Shown in pieces: positions 7,496-15,291 of a stretch of 28,765 nt of DNA. Position 1 is the stretch's first letter; each line of letters starts with the position of its first letter. Position numbers and translations under genes: made by a program. The DNA comes from an uncultured Nitrososphaerota archaeon (GTDB taxonomy: Archaea > Korarchaeota > Korarchaeia > Korarchaeales > Korarchaeaceae), in the NCBI GenBank assembly GCA_964480775.1, contig CAYZRF010000020.1:1-28765 (forward strand). The letters are read 5' to 3'. The notes under the pieces are model-generated. The model saw nothing but the letters and a program-made list of their open reading frames with translations. It was not told where the DNA came from and ran no database searches.

Positions 7496-8065
7496 TCAGC
7501 TAGGGCTCCCATTTCTTTTCCATCCTAGTTTGGGATGGGGTATTAGGAAAGGCGTGTTTTTCTTATATTCTAAGTACTCGTGACCAAATCTAATCTCAAG
7601 CTCCTTCTCTTCTACAACCTTGATGAAAACAAGGAGTGGGGCTAGTACCAAAGGAATTAGTATAAAGAGTGCAGAAACCGTGTTGAATATCATTGAAAGA
7701 CCTACATAAAAGAGAAACGTACCTAAAACCATCGGATTCCTGCAATACTTGTAAGGACCAGTTGTTATAAGCTTTTTTGGAGGAGCCGCTGGCACAGGCG
7801 TGCCCTTTCCTATCTCATATTGGATGTAGACCGACCAGAAGGCGAAGGGCCAACCAACGGCAACAAGGAACAACCCAGCAATGACATTAACTGGCGCCGG
7901 AAGTAGATTCTGAAGTCCTAGAGAAGAATCAAGAGCTTGACCTCCATAAATAAATAGCAAAGGAAACAGCAGGACAAAAATCACAACTCCTACAAAAAGA
8001 GCAATGGCTTTCTCTGCTCTAGAACGTTCACTCCTTGACCATCTGATAATTTTTTCCACAAGCAT
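7496..8065 (-). CDS. Isoprenylcysteine carboxyl / phospholipid methyltransferase-family membrane protein
   Basis: The 189-aa product has several transmembrane segments and the family core LITTGPYKYCRNPMVLG...EEKELEIRFGHEYLEYKKNTPFLIP. Confidence 0.8.
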   Translation of the reverse strand: MLVEKIIRWSRSERSRAEKAIALFVGVVIFVLLFPLLFIYGGQALDSSLGLQNLLPAPVNVIAGLFLVAVGWPFAFWSVYIQYEIGKGTPVPAAPPKKLITTGPYKYCRNPMVLGTFLFYVGLSMIFNTVSALFILIPLVLAPLLVFIKVVEEKELEIRFGHEYLEYKKNTPFLIPHPKLGWKRNGSPS

Positions 8066-8203
8066 TGTCTGTTCTCTAGTAAATTTAACCCAACTATCTT
8101 TTATTTTTGCTCTTTATTCAGGTTAAAATCATTGTATGAGGAGAAACCTCTCTACAGCCGTGCTATTGGTTGTTACAAAAGCGGAATGGCAATTCCTGTC
8201 CTA

Positions 8204-8215
8204 ATATTTATATTA
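8204..8215 (+). promoter_or_regulatory. TATA box for the BMP ABC operon
   Basis: ATATTTATATTA lies in an AT-rich stretch. A transcript start about 25 nt downstream would give a roughly 40-nt leader ending at GTG 8281. Confidence 0.4.
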
Positions 8216-8251
8216 TGATAAAGGCACGTGGTGAAGGGCCTAACCCTTCCC

Positions 8252-8277
8252 TCTCCCCTCCTTCTGGGGAGGGGAGA
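8252..8277 (+). promoter_or_regulatory. GC-rich hairpin that includes the Shine-Dalgarno site of the BMP gene
   Basis: TCTCCCCTCC (8252-8261) is the perfect reverse complement of GGAGGGGAGA (8268-8277), with the 6-nt loop TTCTGG between them. The 3' arm is the only SD-like sequence before GTG 8281. Confidence 0.5.
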
Positions 8278-8280
8278 TAT

Positions 8281-9339
8281 GTGAGAAGCGGAAAAGTAAA
8301 TGCACCGATCCTAGTTGTGGCATGTCTTTTTGCCATTCTAGGTTTTAGTATGGGGTGGCTGATATGCAGCCATTCTTCCGTAAAAGAAGTTAGTGGACCC
8401 GTGGAAACTCCAAAACCTACAAATCTCACCAAGCTGAAAGTTTTCGCCATATTCGCTACGCCAATAGAGGAACCTTGGGACAGCGTCATACACCAAGCCC
8501 TGCTTAGAGCTGAAAAAGAGCTGAACATTGAGTACGAGTGGAGCGATAACAATGGTTATGGGGCTGAGTTCGAAAGAGCACTCAGAGAAGCAGCATCCAG
8601 AGGCTACGACGTAATATTTGGAGATGCTTTCGGGAATGAGGAAATAGTGAGAAACGTCGCCAAGGACTATCCCCAGACTTACTTTGTGTTTGGTAGTGCA
8701 CTTGGTCCGATGGACCCAAACCTTGCAGTTTTTGACGATTGGATACATGAGCCAGCTTACCTAGCTGGGATGATAGCTGGAAGAATGACGAAGACCAATG
8801 TCCTTGGAGTTGTCGCAGGCTTTCCAGTGGAGGAGGTTAACAGGATAGTTAACGCATTCAAACTAGGAGCGAAGGAGGTTAATTCGGAGGTTAAGGTGAA
8901 GGTTGCCTTCATAAACTCGTGGTTTGATCCGGTCAAAGCGAAGGAATACGCCTTGGCCATGGTATCCGAGGGCGCAGACATTCTTTACGCTGAAAGAGCT
9001 GGTGTGATAGAGGCAGCGAAGGAAGCTGGCGTTTACGCCATAGGTAACATGCTCGACCAGCACGATGAGGCTCCTGGAACAGTGATAACAAGCGTAGTAT
9101 GGGATATGTGGCCCTTAGTAAAGTACGTGATAACGAGCGTGAGAAGTGGAAGCTTTGTTGCAATGGACTTAAGGGAATGGACCATGATGGCAAAGGGCGG
9201 AGCATACTTGGCTCCCTTCAGGGAATTTGATGAGATGATATCACAGGATCTGAAGCAGGAGATCCAGGAAATCACTGAAAGGATCAAGATGGGGATGTAT
9301 AGAGTTCCGATAGATGAAACTTTGCCCACTTCCGACTAA
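8281..9339 (+). CDS. BMP-family (basic membrane protein/PnrA-like) ABC transporter substrate-binding protein
   Basis: The mature part (KVFAIFATPIEEPWDSV, GYDVIFGDAFG, VLGVVAGFPVEEVNR..NAFKLGAKEVN, YAERAG, GNMLDQ) matches the BMP/Med family. The N-terminus from GTG 8281 is MRSGKVNAPILVVACLFAILGFSMGWLIC, a basic stretch followed by a hydrophobic anchor. The track ORF extends to TTG 8170, but that stretch covers the TATA box and the hairpin. Confidence 0.85.
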   Translation: MRSGKVNAPILVVACLFAILGFSMGWLICSHSSVKEVSGPVETPKPTNLTKLKVFAIFATPIEEPWDSVIHQALLRAEKELNIEYEWSDNNGYGAEFERALREAASRGYDVIFGDAFGNEEIVRNVAKDYPQTYFVFGSALGPMDPNLAVFDDWIHEPAYLAGMIAGRMTKTNVLGVVAGFPVEEVNRIVNAFKLGAKEVNSEVKVKVAFINSWFDPVKAKEYALAMVSEGADILYAERAGVIEAAKEAGVYAIGNMLDQHDEAPGTVITSVVWDMWPLVKYVITSVRSGSFVAMDLREWTMMAKGGAYLAPFREFDEMISQDLKQEIQEITERIKMGMYRVPIDETLPTSD

Positions 9340-9353
9340 GGGAGTGGATTTTC

Positions 9354-10598
9354 TTGGCCGTACTCAAAGTAAAAGAGCTTTCAAAGAGGTTTGGAGATAT
9401 CACTGCCTGCGATAGAGTTAGCTTCACACTGGAGACCAATGAGATAGTTGGGCTTGTGGGAGAAAATGGCGCTGGAAAATCAACCCTAATAAAACTGATC
9501 TCTGGGGTTCTGAAAAAGGATGAAGGAAGGATATTAGTGGACGAAGAGGAAGTGGAATTTAGATCCCCTAGAGATGCTTTGAGAAAGGGAATATCAACTG
9601 TTTATCAGGACTTTTCTCTTGTTGAGACGCTCACCATAAAGGACAACATACAACTCCAGACTGGCGCACCGATAAGCGAAATAGAAAGGATGTTGAGGGA
9701 ACTGGAATTCTCCCTCTCCCTCAACGATGAGGTTTCAGAGGTCAGTGAGAATGAAAGACAAAAAGCAGAAATCTTAAAGGCTCTTTTGTCGAAGCCAAAG
9801 GTCTTACTTTTAGACGAGCCAACCCATTCATTAAGGAAGCGGGAGATAAAATCCCTCTTTAACTACTTAAGAAGAACAAAAAAGAGAATGGGAGTGCTCT
9901 TTATATCCCACAAATTGAGAGAAGTGAGAGAAATAGCGGATAGGGCTCTTCTCATGAAAAATGGAAGGATTTTCGAGGCAGGAGTTGAGGAAATAGACAG
10001 AGCTAGGCCATCAGTCTCAAGGAAAAAAGGAAAGAGGGAGCTATTGAGGGTAGAATTTGAGGATTTCAACCTGTGCCTGAAGGAAGGAGAGATCGTGGCC
10101 TTGGTTAACTTCCCCCCAAGGTACAAGATGAGCGCCCTTTCCCTCCTTGAAAAGGCTGTAATCGTCCCTGAAGACAGGAAAAACTACCTTTTCATGGAAC
10201 TCTCTGTAAGAAAGAATTTCTCAATTGGTTTCAAGAAGCTCAAAGGGCTTTTCTTGTCTAAAATAGACGAAAATGCATTGAAGACTGAAGTTAAGGAGGC
10301 CATTAAGGAGTACGACATCAAAGCCAAGGAAGATGACGTCATTGAAGTGCTTTCTGGAGGAAATCAACAGAAAGTCATGCTTTCTAAGGCATTAAGCAGG
10401 GAGTTTAAGCTATTCATTGGCTACAACATCTTTTCAAGCCTCGACTCAAAATCCGTCGGAAAGGTAAAGAGAAAACTCTTAAGAAAGGTGGAAGATGGAA
10501 GAGGAATCCTTCTCTTTACCGAAGACCTTGACGAGGTCAAAGACATCGCTTCGAGGATATTCATCCACGAAAAAGGGGAAATAACTTGTTTGGCGTGA
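9354..10598 (+). CDS. ABC transporter ATP-binding protein with tandem nucleotide-binding domains; second site strongly degenerate
   Basis: Domain 1 has Walker A GENGAGKST, Q-loop VYQD, Walker B VLLLDEPT and H-loop FISHK. Domain 2 has VPEDR and the LSGGNQQKV signature but no recognisable P-loop. The start is TTG, with GGGAGTGGA upstream. It occupies the usual position after the BMP binding-protein gene. Confidence 0.85.
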   Translation: MAVLKVKELSKRFGDITACDRVSFTLETNEIVGLVGENGAGKSTLIKLISGVLKKDEGRILVDEEEVEFRSPRDALRKGISTVYQDFSLVETLTIKDNIQLQTGAPISEIERMLRELEFSLSLNDEVSEVSENERQKAEILKALLSKPKVLLLDEPTHSLRKREIKSLFNYLRRTKKRMGVLFISHKLREVREIADRALLMKNGRIFEAGVEEIDRARPSVSRKKGKRELLRVEFEDFNLCLKEGEIVALVNFPPRYKMSALSLLEKAVIVPEDRKNYLFMELSVRKNFSIGFKKLKGLFLSKIDENALKTEVKEAIKEYDIKAKEDDVIEVLSGGNQQKVMLSKALSREFKLFIGYNIFSSLDSKSVGKVKRKLLRKVEDGRGILLFTEDLDEVKDIASRIFIHEKGEITCLA

Positions 10599-11638
10599 GT
10601 TTAAGGAGAAGGTATGTAAGAAGGCCCAAGCACATAACTGCAATTTATTCCGTAGGATCTTCGTTCCTCCTTATCTCCATTTTACTTGCATGCTTGGGGA
10701 AGAACCCCGTTTTAGCTATATATTATATGTTCTTATCGAACTTCTCATCTGCGTTTGTAGCATCAGAGATTTTGGTAAGAGCAACGCCTTTGATTTTCGT
10801 CTCATTAGGAACTCTCACTTTCTTCAGAGCAAGATTTTGGAACCTAGCGGGGGATGCTCAATTTTATGCTGGGGCTCTGCTTGCGACGGTAATAGGCCTT
10901 ACTCCACTTCCCAAGGGGATCCATCCAGTTGTATGCCTCTTTGCTGGGGGGATCGCTGGTTCGCTATTAGGTCTCCTTATAGCATACTTGAAGAACAGAT
11001 TCAGCGCCGACGAGGTCGTCACTTCGTTGATGTTCAATTTTGCCGCGTTTTATTTTCTGTCTCTTCTGTTACAGACTGTCTTGAGGAATCCTCATACAAA
11101 TTGGCCTGAAAGCGAGTATTTGCCCAATTCAGCCCTTCTTCCTAAGATTTTCAGGGGTACGAGGTTTCATTTAGGAATACCCTTGGCCTTCTTCCTGCTC
11201 GTAACAATGGACTTTGTTCTCAATCGCACAGCTTTTGGAGAAGAGATTACAGCCATAGGCATCAACCCAAAGGCAGCAGAAATGAACAAAATTGACGTAA
11301 AGGGAAACATCCTCAAGATTGGTGTCTTGGGAGGATTTCTATGTGGATTAGGCGGAGCAATAGAAGTGCTTGGGGTTCATCACCACCTAACGACGAACAT
11401 ATCCGCAAACTACGGGATACTTGGCGTCATAATCTCAACAGCATCTAGGCTCTCAGTCTATGGAGCTGGGGTTCTCTCTATCCTGCTTTCCTTGGTAATA
11501 AACGGAGCAACCAGCTTGACGAGGTACATGCAGATTCCTTCCTTCATATCGGACGTCATCTCAGCGCTTGTTCTGATTTCTGCTGCGGTTTTTACGGCTT
11601 TAGAAAAGTATGAGGTGGTCGTAAGGTGGAGGAAATAG
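10586..11638 (+). CDS. ABC transporter permease (BMP/ribose-type, BPD_transp_2-like)
   Basis: The 350-aa polytopic membrane protein overlaps the ATPase stop by 13 nt. Its length and hydrophobic profile are typical of the first permease in BMP-type operons. Confidence 0.8.
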   Translation: MFGVSLRRRYVRRPKHITAIYSVGSSFLLISILLACLGKNPVLAIYYMFLSNFSSAFVASEILVRATPLIFVSLGTLTFFRARFWNLAGDAQFYAGALLATVIGLTPLPKGIHPVVCLFAGGIAGSLLGLLIAYLKNRFSADEVVTSLMFNFAAFYFLSLLLQTVLRNPHTNWPESEYLPNSALLPKIFRGTRFHLGIPLAFFLLVTMDFVLNRTAFGEEITAIGINPKAAEMNKIDVKGNILKIGVLGGFLCGLGGAIEVLGVHHHLTTNISANYGILGVIISTASRLSVYGAGVLSILLSLVINGATSLTRYMQIPSFISDVISALVLISAAVFTALEKYEVVVRWRK

Positions 11639-12477
11639 CTGCTGCTCTGAGAATATCAACTCCTTTCTTGCTAGCTGCCTTAGGTGAGCTGATAATTGAA
11701 AAGAGCGGGGTTCTAAACTTGGGAATAGAAGGAGTGATGACAATAGGCGCCTTTTCAGCGTTCTTAACAGCTTACATAACGGGAAGTCCCCTGCTTGGTT
11801 TTGTAGTCTCGTGTGCCGTTGGGGCGGCCGTAGGTTTTTTGGCATATCTCTTGCTGGTAGATCTTGGAACGAATCAACACGTTACTGGGCTGGGTATTAC
11901 ACTTTTCCTTACTTCTCTCAGTTATTTTTTGTATAGGGCTATTTTCTCCGCACCTACGGCTCAACCAACCGTCAAAGGTGGAAATTCAATCATACTAACA
12001 GCCTTAGCCTTTCTTCTGTACGCTGTCCTTTTCTTAATTCAGAGGACAAAAGCAGGTCTTGTGCTTAAAGCGTGTGGAGATAACGCTACTGCCCTTGATA
12101 GAATGGGATATGATCCATTTTTGGTAAGGAACTTGGCTTTAGTCCTAGGAAATTCTCTCATAGGGCTAGGAGGATCCTTTCTATCAATAGCTCAATACAA
12201 TTCCTTCCTATTCAACATAGTTGGGGGAAGAGGATGGATCTCACTGGCTTTGGTGAGTATGGGAGGATGGGATCCACTAAAGACCCTCTTCTTCTGCCTT
12301 ACATTCGGCTCCCTAGAGATGCTGCAGATCAGGGCCCAAATATGGTTCCCCAAGCTCCTATATCTTTACCCGCTGTTTCTAATGATCCCATACATGGCAA
12401 CAATACTTCTTCTATGCTTGACTCCTAAGTCTTCTAGGGCTCCAAGGGAGCTTCTAAAGCCCTATAAGAGGGAATGA
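11626..12477 (+). CDS. ABC transporter permease (second permease of the BMP-type system)
   Basis: The 283-aa polytopic membrane protein has a GTG start that overlaps the preceding permease by 13 nt. It contains LNLGIEG and GGRGW motifs seen in this permease family. Confidence 0.8.
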   Translation: MEEIAAALRISTPFLLAALGELIIEKSGVLNLGIEGVMTIGAFSAFLTAYITGSPLLGFVVSCAVGAAVGFLAYLLLVDLGTNQHVTGLGITLFLTSLSYFLYRAIFSAPTAQPTVKGGNSIILTALAFLLYAVLFLIQRTKAGLVLKACGDNATALDRMGYDPFLVRNLALVLGNSLIGLGGSFLSIAQYNSFLFNIVGGRGWISLALVSMGGWDPLKTLFFCLTFGSLEMLQIRAQIWFPKLLYLYPLFLMIPYMATILLLCLTPKSSRAPRELLKPYKRE

Positions 12478-12544
12478 ACGTTGTTCCTCTACAGTGTGAA
12501 ACTACTAAGATTAAACCATCTATGTTGTAAACTCGAATTTCTAA

Positions 12545-13405
12545 TCAAATACTGAGTTTGAAGCTTTCTTTAGATATAGCATCCATCCCCATAGAAGATC
12601 TCTTCAATATCTCAATGAGTTCCTCTTCAGTAAGAGGGGATATTTCATTACTGTCTCCAAAAAGAGCCCTATATACTCTAACAGCTAGTGGCGCTTTAAT
12701 CCCAACCTGGTTCAACAGGCTTATATCTGACAGTACCTCTTTAGAACTCCCGTGTGATACTATCTTGCCGTTTGCAAGGACGTAGACTTCATCTGCTACC
12801 CTAGCGATGAATTCGGTGTCTTGAGACGCAACACCCACTATCTTGCCAAGAGTTTTAGCTTCAATTATCAATTTCTCCAGAATTCTAAGCCCTCCGGAAT
12901 CCAAGGAAGAATTCGGCTCATCTAAGAGCATTATAAGGGGGGATTGGGCTAATATACCAGCAAGCGCAACCCTTGCAGCCTGTCCCTGACTGAGACGGTG
13001 CGGAGATCTTTTAAGGAGATCGAGGGCCCCAACACTCTTTAGTGCTTTATTTACCACTATTTCCAGCTCTTTACCCTTTAGTCCAAGTTGACTAGGCGCT
13101 ATAGCAACATCTTCCCACACGGTAGGGGCTAAGAGTTGGTCTGAGGGATTTTGGAACAAAACCCCGCACTTTTTCCTGTACTCAATTCCCATCTCAAGCA
13201 CCGATCTACCGTTGAAAAGTACCTCTCCTTTACTTGGCTCTAATAGTCCAGCGAGGATCAGAATCAGAGTACTTTTGCCAGAACCATTTGGCCCTACAAA
13301 AGCAGTTACTCTTCCCGATCTAAGTTCCACGCTTACCTCTTCTAGGGCTTTTGTTCCATCTGGATAGGCGAATGAAACGCCTCTGGCCTCCAAAGATGCT
13401 GTCAA
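12545..13405 (-). CDS. cbiO: ECF transporter ATPase (CbiO/EcfA type)
   Basis: The 286-aa product has Walker A GPNGSGKST, Q-loop FQNP, signature LSQGQAARVALAG and Walker B MLLDEPNSSLD. It overlaps the upstream cbiQ by 4 nt. Confidence 0.9.
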   Translation of the reverse strand: MTASLEARGVSFAYPDGTKALEEVSVELRSGRVTAFVGPNGSGKSTLILILAGLLEPSKGEVLFNGRSVLEMGIEYRKKCGVLFQNPSDQLLAPTVWEDVAIAPSQLGLKGKELEIVVNKALKSVGALDLLKRSPHRLSQGQAARVALAGILAQSPLIMLLDEPNSSLDSGGLRILEKLIIEAKTLGKIVGVASQDTEFIARVADEVYVLANGKIVSHGSSKEVLSDISLLNQVGIKAPLAVRVYRALFGDSNEISPLTEEELIEILKRSSMGMDAISKESFKLSI

Positions 13406-14160
13406 AAGAAGATCACCTCAAGCAAGATAGCTAAAGTAGTGAAAATAGAAAGGCTAAGGAAAGTAAAGGTGCTTCTCAAAGAGGCAGGGCCGCTTTCTAT
13501 CTTTGACCATATTCTCGCTTTGATAACTGCACTAAGTTTTACGGCTTTAGCAGGTCCCCTCACAAAAAGCTCTGATGTGGCTGATGACAGAATACCGTAC
13601 TCTCCTCTAAAACCAACGGGAGAAAATACACGAGATCGCCTAGCCAAGAGGATATCGCTTAACTCCTTAAGTTCGCAGGAAATGTGTGCGAGCATTAGAG
13701 TTAGAGCATCTTTCAATTTTTCTGACATACCTAATCCCTCGAAACCTGCAAAAATCGCTCTGGCACCTGCAAGAGAGACACAGGACATAAGCACAAATAT
13801 TGCGGACGCCGTTCTCAAAGAAAGAGTAAAGGCAGCCCTTAACCCCTCTGGCCATTCGAGAATGGCTTTAGGTACCATAACAAGAAAAGAAAAGGATCCA
13901 AGGACAACTGAGGACTTCAGAGCTCTGGCTCTTATCTCTTTTGGAGACCTGAAAAGGACGATCGTAGCTGCTAAAATACCAAGAAAGGGCGGCATGAGTG
14001 TTCGGCTGAAAGAGATTGTAGCTGTAGCCAAAACCGTTCCAGCAAGGGCAACTCTGGGATCTATACCTTCTAATATACCCGGGAGTGTCTCAAGTGATGC
14101 AAACCATTCTGCTATGGCTGATATTAGCTTAAAGGAGGTCTTCCTTAACCTATCTTCCAT
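13402..14160 (-). CDS. cbiQ: ECF transporter transmembrane (T) component (CbiQ/EcfT type)
   Basis: The 252-aa membrane protein has IDPRV near the N-terminus and an ARRSR coupling-helix motif. It lies between the cbiN-like gene and cbiO. Confidence 0.8.
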   Translation of the reverse strand: MEDRLRKTSFKLISAIAEWFASLETLPGILEGIDPRVALAGTVLATATISFSRTLMPPFLGILAATIVLFRSPKEIRARALKSSVVLGSFSFLVMVPKAILEWPEGLRAAFTLSLRTASAIFVLMSCVSLAGARAIFAGFEGLGMSEKLKDALTLMLAHISCELKELSDILLARRSRVFSPVGFRGEYGILSSATSELFVRGPAKAVKLSAVIKARIWSKIESGPASLRSTFTFLSLSIFTTLAILLEVIFF

Positions 14161-14172
14161 TCATACTCCTCT

Positions 14173-14451
14173 TCATCCTTTTTTTCTCAAGTAAGCCGGT
14201 GCTAACAACAGACAAACTCCTATGAGGCCGGTCAGTATGTAACCAATGACATCTGGTAGTCCAGGAATCGTGTAATCTGGGAAGATGCCCTTCCATACGG
14301 GTTCTTGCTCCTCAAGTCCTATTTTTTCGGCGGCTACGTCAAGAGGTTCGTGATACCCTACTAACTCAGCCCCTATTACTCCGAAAAGAGGGCTAACTAA
14401 CACTATCACAACGATAGACAGCAAAAGCTTTCTACTTACCATATGAATCAC
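14173..14451 (-). CDS. cbiN: Small two-transmembrane component of the Ni/Co ECF transporter (CbiN/NikN-like, PDGLE-type domain)
   Basis: The 92-aa product has N- and C-terminal transmembrane helices flanking a loop with YHEPLDVAAEK. It overlaps the cbiM stop by 4 nt. Confidence 0.7.
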   Translation of the reverse strand: MIHMVSRKLLLSIVVIVLVSPLFGVIGAELVGYHEPLDVAAEKIGLEEQEPVWKGIFPDYTIPGLPDVIGYILTGLIGVCLLLAPAYLRKKG

Positions 14452-15074
14452 CCCGCGAGCATATCAGGAGCTCTTTTGACTAAGTAAGATATTACCATAG
14501 CTGTTATAGCTCCCTCAATCAATCCGAGCGCCATGTGCCAAATCGTCATCACTGGAACAGTTACTGAAAGGGGGTAACCGAACTGGGGGGAGAGGCCTAT
14601 CTCCAACCCACAAGCGGCTGCTGCCAGTGTTATCCCTATCCATCCACCCAAAAATGCTCCTAAAACCTTCTTTTCTTCTCCAAATACCTTCGTTGCTATT
14701 TTGTAAACCCAGTATCCTACGAATACATCCACGATAGCCATGTTGAAGGCGTTGGCTCCTAGCGCAGTAATCCCACCGTCACCCATTAGGATGCATTGAA
14801 CCAGTAGATTAAGGAACATTGCCAAGGCACCTCCAAAGGGCCCGATAATTAAAGCTGCCAATGCACCTCCAACCAAGTGGGCACTAGTTCCGCCAGGAAT
14901 AGGCCAGTTCAGCATTTGAGCAGCGAAGATAGCTCCTGCCATCACAGAAAGCATTGAAACATCCTTGTTAGGCTTTTTAAAATATCTCCTTGTGCTATAG
15001 GCTAAGATAGCCAGAGACAGAACGTAAAAGGCTATACAGACCGTAGGATCGAGGAATCCATCTGGTATGTGCAT
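14448..15074 (-). CDS. cbiM: Ni/Co ECF transporter substrate-capture component CbiM/NikM
   Basis: The 208-aa product begins MHIPDGFL, the Met-His N-terminus that ligates the metal in CbiM/NikM. It also has GGTSAHLVGGALAA and a polytopic profile. AGGTG lies 4 nt upstream of the ATG on the minus strand. Confidence 0.9.
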   Translation of the reverse strand: MHIPDGFLDPTVCIAFYVLSLAILAYSTRRYFKKPNKDVSMLSVMAGAIFAAQMLNWPIPGGTSAHLVGGALAALIIGPFGGALAMFLNLLVQCILMGDGGITALGANAFNMAIVDVFVGYWVYKIATKVFGEEKKVLGAFLGGWIGITLAAAACGLEIGLSPQFGYPLSVTVPVMTIWHMALGLIEGAITAMVISYLVKRAPDMLAG

Positions 15075-15091
15075 AGGGCACCTTTCCGTTT

Positions 15092-15120
15092 GTGTTACTA
15101 ATTATATATAATTGTGTTAC
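15092..15120 (-). promoter_or_regulatory. cbiM promoter: palindromic TATA element flanked by direct heptamer repeats
   Basis: The element is GTGTTAC (15092-15098), T, AATTATATATAATT (a perfect 14-bp palindrome, 15100-15113), then GTGTTAC (15114-15120). Its centre lies about 32 nt upstream of the cbiM ATG. Confidence 0.45.
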
Positions 15121-15255
15121 CCATAATCGAAAAAGCCCTCTCTTGCTATTTTCGAAGCCAAAAAAGAGAGAACTACAAGTGTTTTCCCATAAAAATCGTC
15201 AGAATAAAATAATTGGATAAATTAACTCAAAGAAAAATGATTTGGGCGAATCGCG

Positions 15256-15275
15256 TGGGCGAAATCTATAAAAAG
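15256..15275 (+). promoter_or_regulatory. BRE/TATA-like promoter of the antiporter gene
   Basis: TGGGCGAAATCTATAAAAAG contains a purine-rich BRE-like GCGAAA directly 5' of TATAAAAA. The ATG at 15292 is about 22 nt downstream and has no SD, suggesting a leaderless mRNA. Confidence 0.4.
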
Positions 15276-15291
15276 CTATTATCATTCAGAC

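Noticed and set aside
8170-8280. An N-terminal extension of the BMP binding-protein ORF (TTG 8170 or ATG 8215).
   Set aside because: The extension (MLQKRNGNSCPNIYIMIKARGEGPNPSLSPPSGEGRY) precedes the signal anchor and covers the TATA-like box and the SD hairpin. GTG 8281 with GGAGGGGAG upstream gives a normal basic-then-hydrophobic N-terminus. This is not fully excluded.
13439-14194. A 251-aa ORF on the plus strand lies exactly antisense to cbiQ.
   Set aside because: It is a shadow ORF. The minus-strand frame has the membrane profile, the DPR and ARRSR motifs, and 4-nt coupling to cbiO. The plus-strand product is Ser/Lys/Ala-rich with no motifs, no SD and no promoter.
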